From Cellvibrio sp. 79 (GTDB taxonomy: Bacteria > Pseudomonadota > Gammaproteobacteria > Pseudomonadales > Cellvibrionaceae): 64,000 nucleotides of DNA. The translations under genes and the position numbers were made by a program. Shown piece after piece: positions 48,643 to 58,629 of the stretch (its first letter is position 1; the number at the start of each line of letters is the position of its first letter). The DNA is taken from positions 158,794 through 222,793 of the forward strand of contig MVDH01000001.1 of NCBI GenBank assembly GCA_003056245.1, in the 5' to 3' direction. The notes under the pieces are model-generated. The model did no database searches. It was given only the letters and a program-made list of their open reading frames with translations, and was not told the origin of the DNA.

Positions 48643-48764
48643 TGCCTGCCGATTGGTATCTGCCATTCCTACCTGATGATGGAGGCAAAACCGGACGAAA
48701 AAAATCGCAGCGAATTGCTGCGATTCTTTTGTCGTTGCCAGGTTTTTGTACCGCTGTTAAACGA

Positions 48765-50678
48765 TTAACAAGGGCCAACCACTTTCCACACTCCCCATTG
48801 ACCGCTGTTCAAATCCGGACGCTGGTTTTGTGTCCACCACTTGGCTTCATAAAGCGTACCACCGTAAGACGCTTTTTGGCCGGTAGTGTAGCTTGCAGAG
48901 CTGCTCCAGGCATTCCCCGCACATTGGGATTCCGGCAGCGTAGTGATAATTAATGGCGCACTTGCCACTGACAGGTTGTGGGCGCCATCGCGCGTTTTGA
49001 TGGTAATGGCGTATTGGGTTGCCGGGTTCAATCCCCATAAGCTAACGGTGGTATTGGACGTTGAGGCAACCGGTTGGGCACTACCATTGATGAATACATC
49101 ATAACCAATAAGGGATGTGTCATCGGTGGCCTGGTTCCATGTGATCGTGGTGTAGACCGTCTGGATATTGGTTGCCGCCAAGCCTGTCGGAGCACTGGGC
49201 GCCGTGGTATCCACCGGTACTGTTCCGGGCGTTACCAGATGATGATTAATGATTTCGCGCAGGTTCGGCATGTGGCCGATTTTGTGATAAGCCGCGTCTG
49301 ACGTTGGCGTGTTGTACTGGGCGCTTTTCAACAGGCGGCGAATTTCTGCAGGCGAATAGGGTGTGCCGAATTTCGCTTTGGCAATGCCCTGGATCGAAAT
49401 AGCCGCACCGGTAACTATCGGCGATGCAGATGAGGTCCCGGAAAAGTAACTCATATAACCGGTGGTGGAATTGCCATCAGCCGCGTCCAGGGTTGCTACG
49501 TTCTCACCCCAGCCATGGGTATCAATACGGTTACCGTAGGTGCTGAATCCCAAGCGATAGCGGGGCAGGCTATAGGATGCTGCACCCACAATAATTGCCC
49601 CTGAATCTTTGAAATCAGGGCTATTCGGATTGAGGATGTACTTGCCATCGGTAGTTTGGAATGAGTCCAGGTCCACGCTGCCGTTCCCCGCTGCTTCGAC
49701 AACGGTGATTCCCAGGCTGGTAACATACTGGATTGCATCAAATTCTGCCGGATAGACCTCCACAGGCACATAACCGCCGGCCGTTGGGTAGCCAGCCTGC
49801 GCTTCCAGCAAAATAACATCGCCCGCGGTCAGCACGCTGGCCGCTTCCAAAATCGCTTCGGCGGTATTGTAAGTTCCACCAACCCGGTGTTGTGAGGCCG
49901 CATAAGGTTTGGCTTTGCTAGCCAGGCCAAGATTGCCCAGCGCATTATCCACCGCCGATATTTCACCCAGCACCGCTGTGCCATGGCTGTGATACCAGGC
50001 GCTTACCCCGCCAGACAACAACTGTATATTGTGGGCTGCCAAATCCTCATGGCCAAACGCCCAACCCTGTTCTACATCCACCCATTTAATGCCTTTGCCA
50101 TCACCGCCCTCAAATTCCCAGGCGTACACTGCGTTGATTCCCTGGGGGGCAGGTTGTGCGTAACCTTGCTGTGAAAAATAGGAATCATCACTCGCCACTA
50201 CCGGCGTAGTGTTAGCCGCAGGCAATGCCGGTGCTTCAACCGGTTGGGGTTTCAGGTAAGCCTCATCTACCAGCCCGGAATTTTTCAGTTGTTCAATCAA
50301 TTTATCCGCGTTGGCCCCTGCCGGTACCAGTACGGTGTAATAACGATCAAATACCCGGCCGCTGGCTGTTTTGGCCGCTCCGGATAGTGCTGGTTTCGGG
50401 AGTGTTTTAAATAGAGGATTAAATTCCAACCCGGCAACGGCATTCAGCGATTTATTTGCCGTTGAGTTTGCGGCGATGGCCTGCGGGGGTGTTGCCTGGG
50501 GTTTGAATTTCACCACAATTTCAGCGGGATATTGTGCCGCTGCTACCTGCGGTGTTCTGATTTCTTTTGCAAGATTAGTTGGTCCGGAATCCTGGGTGAT
50601 TGCTATACCCTGTTGCGAGGCTAACAAGGATAATGTCAATGCGAGTGATGATGTCAGGTAATTTCTTTTGTGGGACAT
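48765..50678 (-). CDS. Secreted S8 serine peptidase with FnIII and CBM5/12-type C-terminal modules
   Basis: Signal and prodomain; catalytic D (WVDVEQG), H (HGTAVLG), S (GTSSASP); APSAPTGL FnIII; AW...Y..G..VSY...YEAKWWTQ-like chitin-binding pattern. Confidence 0.9.
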   Translation of the reverse strand: MSHKRNYLTSSLALTLSLLASQQGIAITQDSGPTNLAKEIRTPQVAAAQYPAEIVVKFKPQATPPQAIAANSTANKSLNAVAGLEFNPLFKTLPKPALSGAAKTASGRVFDRYYTVLVPAGANADKLIEQLKNSGLVDEAYLKPQPVEAPALPAANTTPVVASDDSYFSQQGYAQPAPQGINAVYAWEFEGGDGKGIKWVDVEQGWAFGHEDLAAHNIQLLSGGVSAWYHSHGTAVLGEISAVDNALGNLGLASKAKPYAASQHRVGGTYNTAEAILEAASVLTAGDVILLEAQAGYPTAGGYVPVEVYPAEFDAIQYVTSLGITVVEAAGNGSVDLDSFQTTDGKYILNPNSPDFKDSGAIIVGAASYSLPRYRLGFSTYGNRIDTHGWGENVATLDAADGNSTTGYMSYFSGTSSASPIVTGAAISIQGIAKAKFGTPYSPAEIRRLLKSAQYNTPTSDAAYHKIGHMPNLREIINHHLVTPGTVPVDTTAPSAPTGLAATNIQTVYTTITWNQATDDTSLIGYDVFINGSAQPVASTSNTTVSLWGLNPATQYAITIKTRDGAHNLSVASAPLIITTLPESQCAGNAWSSSASYTTGQKASYGGTLYEAKWWTQNQRPDLNSGQWGVWKVVGPC

Positions 50679-50908
50679 AAAAATTTTCCTTAATTGATTA
50701 GTTGAATTTACAGCGCGTTTGCAACAACAAAACGACAGCATCAAAAAATGCTAATCGCTTAACAAACAAAATTTGAAAAACTTCAAATTTAATTCTTCAA
50801 CATTGGTTCCGCGCAAGGGTTTAAGGAGCTGCCTGATGTTTCGGCGCGATTTTTTTATCACATTGCGATGACAAAAAAAATCGGCGATAAAAATAACGTT
50901 AACCAATA

Positions 50909-50939
50909 AAATATTTTAAATGTCACATTTAAAATATTT
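50909..50939. promoter_or_regulatory. Perfect 31-bp palindrome upstream of the S8 protease
   Basis: AAATATTTTAAATGT-C-ACATTTAAAATATTT. Confidence 0.55.
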
Positions 50940-51198
50940 AAAGCGTAAAAAATATGGATATGTAATAGATGAGATGCTGGAATGGCGTCAAAACAGATGT
51001 AAACACCTGAGTTTGGGGTTTTGAAAAATAAATATCAGTTAATTGTTCGTGATTGTAATAATTTGTAACAACGAATATTTTTTACAAGAAATTTATTGTA
51101 GTCATAACTTCTATTAGTCATTAACTTTGTTGGTCATAGGTTCTATATGAGGCTCTTCTGTGAGCTTCCCATGTGAGGCTCTATATAAAATGAAATTG

Positions 51199-51765
51199 CT
51201 ATGGATGAGTTTCCTGGTCCTTTTTCATATCAGCAATCGTTGATTTTATGACCCGGCACGGATTGCCTGCTGCGACTACATTTTCCGGTATATCTTTATT
51301 CACCAGGCAGCCTGCGCCAATCACCGAGCCTTGACCAATCGTTACACCAGCCAAAATTATTGCACCGCCGCCGATCCAGCAGTCATCGCCGATAGTCACG
51401 GCCGCACTGAATTCTTTTCCGGTTGCGCGTTCAATCGGGTCGAGCGGGTGAGTGGTGGCGTAGATCTGGACGTTGGGACCGAACATCACGCGGTTGCCAA
51501 TTTTCACTTTGGCGCAATCGAGAATGACGCAGTTATGATTTGCGTAAAATCGCTCACCTAAAAAAATATTGCTACCGTAATCACAGAAAAAATGGGGTTC
51601 AATATAAGCGGTTGAAACTTGCCCGAATAGTTGCTGGTAAATAGGTTTGCGCGCTTTCATTTGGTCAGCACCCAGGGTATTTAATTCCTGGCAAAGCTTC
51701 TTTGCGCGTTTGCGGGCAGCGACAAGTTCGGGGTCAAATGGGTTTACTTCATGGAATGGATGCAT
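51199..51765 (-). CDS. Sugar O-acetyltransferase (Maa/LacA family)
   Basis: EPHFFCDYGSNI, hexapeptide repeats, AAGNPCRVIK. Confidence 0.93.
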   Translation of the reverse strand: MHPFHEVNPFDPELVAARKRAKKLCQELNTLGADQMKARKPIYQQLFGQVSTAYIEPHFFCDYGSNIFLGERFYANHNCVILDCAKVKIGNRVMFGPNVQIYATTHPLDPIERATGKEFSAAVTIGDDCWIGGGAIILAGVTIGQGSVIGAGCLVNKDIPENVVAAGNPCRVIKSTIADMKKDQETHP

Positions 51766-51867
51766 TTGCTTGCTCTCGGTGCTGTCTCGGGACTGAAAGA
51801 ATTGGGGTAGAATATCGTAAAACCCGGCTGGAATTGTAAGCCTGATTGAATTTATACAGAGCACCCC

Positions 51868-52338
51868 ATGAGAACCAATGACATTTTTCGCAAAATAACC
51901 AACGCTTTATCCATGGATACCCAACAAATCCAGGCGTTGTTCGCTGCTACTAATATCGACTTGAGTGATAAAGAAGTGGCTAACCTATTAAAAACCGATT
52001 ATCAGCCCGGTTTTGAAGCCATGCCGGATTATATTTTATTAATCTTCCTGGATAATTTGATTGATGCCAAACGCGGAAAAAAAGCGGACACGGTAACAGA
52101 GCCTGTTGCCAAACACCAAAAAATTGCCAACAACGAAGTGCTAAAAAAACTGCGCATCGCATTTAATTTACATGAACAGGATGTACGCGATGTATTCAAG
52201 CTAGTCACTATTGAATTAACCAAATCCGATTTGTCTGCTCTGTTCCGCAAGCCCGGCAACAGCCATTTCAAAGCCTGCGACGATGAGTTGTTGCTCGATT
52301 TTATTGAAGGATTGGGTAAATGGTTGCAGCAAAAATAG
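51868..52338 (+). CDS. DUF1456 (YehS-like) protein
   Basis: NNEVLKKLRIAF, SALFRKPGNSHFKAC. Confidence 0.88.
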   Translation: MRTNDIFRKITNALSMDTQQIQALFAATNIDLSDKEVANLLKTDYQPGFEAMPDYILLIFLDNLIDAKRGKKADTVTEPVAKHQKIANNEVLKKLRIAFNLHEQDVRDVFKLVTIELTKSDLSALFRKPGNSHFKACDDELLLDFIEGLGKWLQQK

Positions 52339-52370
52339 TTGGAGCAAGAGCGGAGTACTGGATCTAATTT

Positions 52371-52922
52371 ATGAACGAGCAAGCAATTAATATTGCGATA
52401 GTACGTTGGTTGAATGACGTAGTGATTGGTTTGAACCTTTGTCCATTTGCCGGTAAGCCCACAGGTGAAAATCGCGTGCGTATTTTCATATCACCCGCCA
52501 CGGACGATGAACTGTTATTGCAGGATTTGCGGCGCGAAATGGAATTGCTTGATGAAAAATCGGCAAGCGAAATAGAAACTACACTGGTTGTTATTCCTCA
52601 TCACCTGCATGATTTTTTTGATTACAACCAGTTTTTAAACTGGGCCGAAAAAATGATTAAACGCAATGGCTGGACTGGCGTTTATCAGCTGGCAACTTTT
52701 CACCCGGATTATTGCTTTGCCGGCGCAGAGCCTGACGATGCTGAAAACCTGACTAATCGCTCACCTTATCCAATCCTTCATGTCATCCGTGAGGCCAGCC
52801 TCGAAAAAGCATTGCAATTTTATGAGGGCATTGATGCAGTACCGGACAATAATAAAAAATGCGTAGAGTCATTGTCGATGGAGCAAAAGCGAAAATTGTT
52901 TCCGTATCTGATTGATAACTAA
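52371..52922 (+). CDS. DUF1415 protein
   Basis: VIGLNLCPFA, QLATFHPDY, TNRSPYP. Confidence 0.92.
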   Translation: MNEQAINIAIVRWLNDVVIGLNLCPFAGKPTGENRVRIFISPATDDELLLQDLRREMELLDEKSASEIETTLVVIPHHLHDFFDYNQFLNWAEKMIKRNGWTGVYQLATFHPDYCFAGAEPDDAENLTNRSPYPILHVIREASLEKALQFYEGIDAVPDNNKKCVESLSMEQKRKLFPYLIDN

Positions 52923-52946
52923 TTCGATAAATAATGGACTATTTTT

Positions 52947-53225
52947 ATGCAAGTAGTAATAAACATTGTTGCTTCACTGTTTCTGTTTTTTTGTTTCATC
53001 TGGACCTTGCTGCCCTGGGGATTCGGTATCCATAACTATGCAAAATCCCATGGAAAGTTATTAGTCATTACTGCTCGAGCCAGTTGGCTGGTGTTGCTTT
53101 TATCCCATCCGTTATTGATCTATCTGATATGGTTTGAAAGTATCAGCTATTGGTTGATCTTCGCGTTGATTATTGCCCATATCGTCTTTTGTGCGCTCTT
53201 TGCCCGTGATGTAAGTACAGGCTAG
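52947..53225 (+). CDS. Small three-TM membrane protein
   Basis: Hydrophobic 92-aa ORF closely following the DUF1415 gene. Confidence 0.65.
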   Translation: MQVVINIVASLFLFFCFIWTLLPWGFGIHNYAKSHGKLLVITARASWLVLLLSHPLLIYLIWFESISYWLIFALIIAHIVFCALFARDVSTG

Positions 53226-53417
53226 GTTTTTCTCTTGCTAATTGCACTGTGATGCCCGTCACATTGGCGATGGATTTCCAGAGATAGTTAATATCTTTAT
53301 TTTGTTGGTGGTTTCTGCCGTCAAATCTTTTGCTACTATTCCGCGACTCTTCCGGCCGCCCTTTTACAGGTGAAGTGCCGGCCCTTTCCTGTTTGCGTTA
53401 ATGCAGGTCAGCAGTTC

Positions 53418-53942
53418 ATGAAACATATTTCGTTGAGATTGGTTGTCGTTATTTTCAGTTTATTTTTTGCTGTTGGAGTTTTTGCCATGACATTAGGTGA
53501 TGTTGGTCGAGTTTGTTTGTTTTCCGCCATCTCAGGGACTATTACCTTGGACGGCAAGCCAGTTGCCAATGCACGTCTGGTTCGCACTGGCGACCGCGAC
53601 GGCCCCAAAGTCGATGAGACAGTGACCGATGCCAATGGTCATTTTGCGTTTCCGGCGATGTATGAGCGCACGCTCACCAAATTTTTACCCCAGGAGTTTG
53701 TTGCCTCCCAACAAATAATTGTGCATCACAAGGATCAGCAATATGAAATGTGGAGCGCGGTAAAACGCCAGCCAGAAGAAAATGTTGAATCCCGCGGAAA
53801 ACTACTGGTGGTGAAATGTGAATTAAACGCAGAACAAAATTTAATTATGGTTAATGGTTCACCCATCCATAGCCTTTGCTCCTGGGATGTTGAGCCAGAC
53901 CCAAAAACTGATTGGGAAAAAGAAGGCTTTTTCGATAATTAA
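53418..53942 (+). CDS. Exported DUF6795-like protein, putative lipase immunity
   Basis: Signal peptide; LFSAISGTITLDGKPVANA...TDANGHFAFP pattern. Confidence 0.65.
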   Translation: MKHISLRLVVVIFSLFFAVGVFAMTLGDVGRVCLFSAISGTITLDGKPVANARLVRTGDRDGPKVDETVTDANGHFAFPAMYERTLTKFLPQEFVASQQIIVHHKDQQYEMWSAVKRQPEENVESRGKLLVVKCELNAEQNLIMVNGSPIHSLCSWDVEPDPKTDWEKEGFFDN

Positions 53943-53991
53943 TCCAGATCACTAATGTGTTAATACTTTCTTACATACAAGGAATATAACT

Positions 53992-55170
53992 ATGCCGGAG
54001 TTCAGTCCAAAGGTTTCAGCAAGTCTTGCCAGAGACGTTTACGCACTTACCAAAGAAAATTCAATCGAAAAAGCACTTAAAGTGTTGAACGCCCAATATG
54101 GCGGCAATTTGGTTTTCGCAGAAGATGTAATGCTCAAAGCGAAAACCGGTGGCCCGTGGATGATTAAATGTCGCACAGCTTTTGGTTTTACCTTGATTGG
54201 CAAAGGCCCTCTCCAAGGCCATGCGGTGTTTTTATTTCGCGGCACCCAATATTTGGCAGATTGGCTTACCAATTTAAATATATCGGTATCGCGCAGTTAC
54301 TCCGGTCAACCTGTACACGACGGTTTTAACCTTGCGTTTAAAAGTATGGAACCCCAGCTAAAAGAATTTATGGGGACACTCACCAAGAACAAAATTACGC
54401 AAATTCATTGTGTTGGTCATAGCCTTGGCGGTGCGCTCGCCACTATTTGTGCTGACTGGCTCAGAAGTGCATACAAGATAAAACCTTATCTTTATACCTT
54501 CGGTAGTCCGCGTGTGGGGTTAATGGGATTTGCAGATTATTGCACCAGCACTGTAGGTGCAGAACGTATTTTCCGTGCATTCCATAAAACCGATATCGTG
54601 CCTTGCATTCCTACCTGGCCCTTTATTCATACTCCTAATTCCGGGATGGATTATTATTTGCCTTCACCGGGAATTGTTCCCGGGGCGGCCTACCATAGTA
54701 TGGATAAATACGTTGAATCTGTGAGCGGCAAAAATTGGCAGACGTTAGGTGCAATTGATAGCGAGAAGAAAACAGAAAGTGGTGTTGTTCAGTGGCTTAA
54801 ATCATCATCGCCTGTAGGGTTAACGATCACTGCTTTGGAGTGGTTGAATCAAGCATTGGTGTATGTGCTAAAGAAATGTTTGAACGGTGCTGCATGGGTT
54901 ATCTCCGGTGTTATGGGATCATCTTTTACGCTGATGGATCAGTTAGCGTATGTGCTCAAAAAGGGAATTGATATATCTGAAGGCGTGTCTTCGTTGGTAG
55001 TGCACTTGATTCGTAAAATAATGGAAATTCTCGGCATGAAAAAAGTGCTGAAAGCCGCCGATATGACCCGTGAATTTATTCGCAATATTTTCATGAGACT
55101 GCAAGCGAAGGCAAACGAATATGCCAAAGCTGCGCTGAGTGATGCGATGGTTAAAGGCCGCGCGATCTAG
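53992..55170 (+). CDS. Lipase class 3 family protein, putative antibacterial phospholipase effector
   Basis: FRGTQ...DWLTN, VHDGF, CVGHSLGGALA, DIVPCIP; no signal peptide. Confidence 0.85.
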   Translation: MPEFSPKVSASLARDVYALTKENSIEKALKVLNAQYGGNLVFAEDVMLKAKTGGPWMIKCRTAFGFTLIGKGPLQGHAVFLFRGTQYLADWLTNLNISVSRSYSGQPVHDGFNLAFKSMEPQLKEFMGTLTKNKITQIHCVGHSLGGALATICADWLRSAYKIKPYLYTFGSPRVGLMGFADYCTSTVGAERIFRAFHKTDIVPCIPTWPFIHTPNSGMDYYLPSPGIVPGAAYHSMDKYVESVSGKNWQTLGAIDSEKKTESGVVQWLKSSSPVGLTITALEWLNQALVYVLKKCLNGAAWVISGVMGSSFTLMDQLAYVLKKGIDISEGVSSLVVHLIRKIMEILGMKKVLKAADMTREFIRNIFMRLQAKANEYAKAALSDAMVKGRAI

Positions 55171-55200
55171 TTATCATTGTTCAATTGGTGTTGTTTGATA

Positions 55201-55233
55201 AAAAAGGAGCAGCATTTTTGCTGCTCCTTTTTT
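55201..55233. terminator. Bidirectional intrinsic terminator
   Basis: aaaaaggagcagc-attttt-gctgctcctttttt. Confidence 0.85.
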
Positions 55234-55244
55234 ATTTTCTGTTT

Positions 55245-58200
55245 TTAATAATTAACCTGGAAATTAATAAAGACCTCGCGACCAACATAATCATAACCAC
55301 TGTATAACGGCGAATTGCCGACACGGTTAAAATAACCAGCAGAAATTTCCGGCGGGGTTTCGTTGGTCAGGTTGCGTACCCCGAACGTTGTCTTCCAGGT
55401 TTCTGCCTGATAGCGTGCAGATATGAGGTGTTCCAGATAACTTGGAACCGTGTAATCAGAAAAGCTTTCTTCGGGATCTTCTTCTGCGATTGAGTAGCCT
55501 TCCATGCTGCTAATCCAATCAACGCTGTAGAGGAATTTCCAATCGTTCAATGTATAGGTGATGCTGGCAGAGCCACCGAATTCCGGCTTTTCCAGGCTGC
55601 CATTGTATTCCTTGAACTCTTCTCCTCTAAACAATTGTTCAGCTTGTGTGTAATAACGGGTGAGGCTCAGGTTAACTCCCAAATTTCCTGGCCCGATATC
55701 CTGCCCAAAATCGGCATTCACATCCAGGCCGCGCAATTTTTCCGATGATAGATTGGTATAGGCATTGTTGACGGTTAATTGTTTGGTGACGACGTCGCGT
55801 GATACCAAACGGCAGAGGCCGGTATCAGAGGCAAAATCGGCTGCGGATTCATAACAGCGTTTCAGAATTTCATCTTCACCAACTTGCTGGACACCGTTTT
55901 CGATTTCAATTTCAAAATAATCCACTGCAATACTGACCTGGGTTGCATCACTGATGTGCGGTTCAAAAATAAAACCGTAAGTGGTGTTATCAGAAGTCTC
56001 CGCAAACAAACCCGCTTCAGCGCCGCCAAGATTAAAAATTTCCACTCCATTGATTGCATTGAAAGCCGGATCTGATAATTCTGCATCGCAGTTTGCCGCG
56101 CGATTAGGGTTGACGGCATTACGGTAATCATTACAAGGATCAATTGACGGCGCGCGGAAGCCGCTGGTCGGCCCCTGGAATTGTTCGAATAATGCCGGTG
56201 CGCGATAAGAAGTTCCGCGGCTGGCGCGTAGCGTGAACCAATCGGTGATTGAATAAATCAGACCTATTTTATAGGTATCGTCTGATCCGTAAGAATTATA
56301 ATCGGTGTAACGCATAGAACCGTTGAAGGTCAATTCTTCTGCAAAGGCGGCGCCACTCAGTATTGGAATCTGGATTTCACCATAAACCTCGGTGACATCA
56401 TCTTCCCCAACTGTGGCTGCCGCACTGCTTAAATTATAAAGATTACCATTAACGCTGTTTTCATCCGGCTGGTCATTGATTTCCATTTTGCGATGTTCAA
56501 GTCCCAGTACTCCTTGCACTTTACCGGCTGGAACGCTGAATAAAGGCCCATCAACAATTGCGCTGTAAATAGACTCTTCATATTCGGTTTTACCAATGAT
56601 GTTACGGAAAACATAATCCCTAAAATCTTGCGGTAAATTTCCCCCAATCACGGCAGCTGTTAAGTGGGGAAAGGGAACGCATTTTTCGCCTGGATTGGTA
56701 AGGCTTATTTCGCAGGTTAATCCGTCGTGCACCAAACTTGAATTCAACCCAGCCGGTGCCGTAATCGAATCGCTCGCGTAAGTGAGTTTGTCAATCAGAA
56801 ATGATTGTTGCTCATAAGTCGCATCGGATTTTGCATAGCTTGCATAAATGTCGTAGCGCCAATCAGGCAAAAAAACAAGGTCGCCGCGCAAGCCGAAAGT
56901 GGGTTTATAAAAATCTACTTCTTGTCTGCTGAGGTCAGTACCAAAACCCACAAAAGCACGTACCCCGACGCGATCTCCATCACTGGTGCCCTGATCTGCT
57001 CCGAAATTAGAAAACGCGAGTGCGGTCGGAATCGCGGCGCTGCCTCGACGGTAATCCATAAGCATTTGGCGAAAACTCGCTTGATCTGATTCCCTGCGCG
57101 ATGCTAATAATTCACCGTAAAGTTCAGCATTTCCCAAGGCTTGTAAATCGTATTTGCCCTGAATAAAACCGGTGTAATTTTTTGCCGGGGAAATTAAATT
57201 TTCTTTAAGCATGTCGGGGGCAAATGTATCGCGAATATTCGTGCTCAATGGCACTAGAAATTGTTCGCCATCCTCCTCAACTATTTCAGCGCCTCCAACA
57301 CCTTCAAAACCAATCAATCCACTGTTGATTGATGAGTTGGGCCGAAAGCGAGTGAAAAGGGTATTTAATGGATTGGGTGTATAGGGTGCGCCAACAACGG
57401 GGCCCGTTAATCCGAAGTCCTCCCAATTCTCCCCATCAATACCTTCGAGCCCAATCGTATTGACGGTAACACCATTTGATCCTGACGCTGTTATTGGATA
57501 GCACTTGGATTTATTGGTTCGCACGTCAATAAAATCATCCGGTGCGCCGGTTATCGGATCGCGAAATTTATCCTGGTTGCAACGTGTCCATTCGCGATCA
57601 CCGAGTGTCAGCGATTTGCGTTCGTAATAATCAAATGAACCGGAAACAGAAAAACGTTCTTCATCAAGTCCGCCGACAATCGATAAGCGGACTTGCTCTC
57701 CCGCGCCCTCGGTGGGGTGGTTGAAATCACCTTCAAGCACCAATCCATCTACATTTTCGCGGGTGATTACATTGATCACGCCGCTCACTGCATCAGACCC
57801 GTAAATAGATGATGCCCCATCACGCAGAATTTCCACGCGTTCGATCATTGCTGTTGGCAACACGTTTAAATCCGCGGTGCCCACCGAGCCTTGCGTTCCC
57901 GCAGGGGCCACGCGACGACCATTGATTAGCACCAGCGTACGGCTTGCCCCCAAACCGCGCAACGAAATCGTATTTGCACCGGGACCGCCCTCAGTGACAT
58001 AGCTACCGAAAGCATTATTAATTTGCGAAGCGCCGGCAGTAATGGCATTGGACTGTAATAAATCCGCACTGGAATTGAGGCCGGCAGCGGCGGCATCTTC
58101 ACGAGTAACCAGGGTGGTTGGCGAAATAGTTTTTAAATTGGTCTGGCGAATGCGCGACCCCACAATTACCAACTCTTCAATTTCACCTGCTTGTTCGCCG

Positions 58201-58352
58201 CTTTCCGTATTTTGTGCGAGAACCTGCGGGCTAGCCCACAGCAGACTGCAAAAACCGGTAGCAGCAATTAATTTGGAAATGGTTGTTGGTGATGTAATTG
58301 GAGCAGTAAATGTGTGTATTGCGAGGTATAAAGAATTGCGCTTGATCATCAT
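55245..58352 (-). CDS. TonB-dependent receptor
   Basis: TonB box EELVIVGSRI, plug motifs ISLRGLG and IERVEILRDGASSIYGSDAVSGVINVIT, aromatic C-terminal beta-strand. Confidence 0.95.
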   Translation of the reverse strand: MMIKRNSLYLAIHTFTAPITSPTTISKLIAATGFCSLLWASPQVLAQNTESGEQAGEIEELVIVGSRIRQTNLKTISPTTLVTREDAAAAGLNSSADLLQSNAITAGASQINNAFGSYVTEGGPGANTISLRGLGASRTLVLINGRRVAPAGTQGSVGTADLNVLPTAMIERVEILRDGASSIYGSDAVSGVINVITRENVDGLVLEGDFNHPTEGAGEQVRLSIVGGLDEERFSVSGSFDYYERKSLTLGDREWTRCNQDKFRDPITGAPDDFIDVRTNKSKCYPITASGSNGVTVNTIGLEGIDGENWEDFGLTGPVVGAPYTPNPLNTLFTRFRPNSSINSGLIGFEGVGGAEIVEEDGEQFLVPLSTNIRDTFAPDMLKENLISPAKNYTGFIQGKYDLQALGNAELYGELLASRRESDQASFRQMLMDYRRGSAAIPTALAFSNFGADQGTSDGDRVGVRAFVGFGTDLSRQEVDFYKPTFGLRGDLVFLPDWRYDIYASYAKSDATYEQQSFLIDKLTYASDSITAPAGLNSSLVHDGLTCEISLTNPGEKCVPFPHLTAAVIGGNLPQDFRDYVFRNIIGKTEYEESIYSAIVDGPLFSVPAGKVQGVLGLEHRKMEINDQPDENSVNGNLYNLSSAAATVGEDDVTEVYGEIQIPILSGAAFAEELTFNGSMRYTDYNSYGSDDTYKIGLIYSITDWFTLRASRGTSYRAPALFEQFQGPTSGFRAPSIDPCNDYRNAVNPNRAANCDAELSDPAFNAINGVEIFNLGGAEAGLFAETSDNTTYGFIFEPHISDATQVSIAVDYFEIEIENGVQQVGEDEILKRCYESAADFASDTGLCRLVSRDVVTKQLTVNNAYTNLSSEKLRGLDVNADFGQDIGPGNLGVNLSLTRYYTQAEQLFRGEEFKEYNGSLEKPEFGGSASITYTLNDWKFLYSVDWISSMEGYSIAEEDPEESFSDYTVPSYLEHLISARYQAETWKTTFGVRNLTNETPPEISAGYFNRVGNSPLYSGYDYVGREVFINFQVNY

Positions 58353-58629
58353 AACTCCTTCGCTCATGTGTGTGCGGCAGTCTTAAGTGCCAGACATTAT
58401 CAGTATAATTTCCACAGCACAGCGATCAGCATTAGAGATCGCGATGCTGTTTACAGTCTAGTGACAAGCAAGAAATCTGCCGTGTGAAATGCACCGCTTT
58501 TGTGAGTTGTTGTACGCAAATATGCAGAAAATTATTATTGTTTTTCGAGGCATGGAAGTTTATGCGCCAGAATTAAAAAATTCTGGCGAGTGACGAAAGG
58601 TAAATAAGAGATTTTCCTGGAAGAGTGGA

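Noticed and set aside
51099-51185. CRISPR array
   Set aside because: Repeats are short, degenerate and abutting, with no spacers or cas genes.
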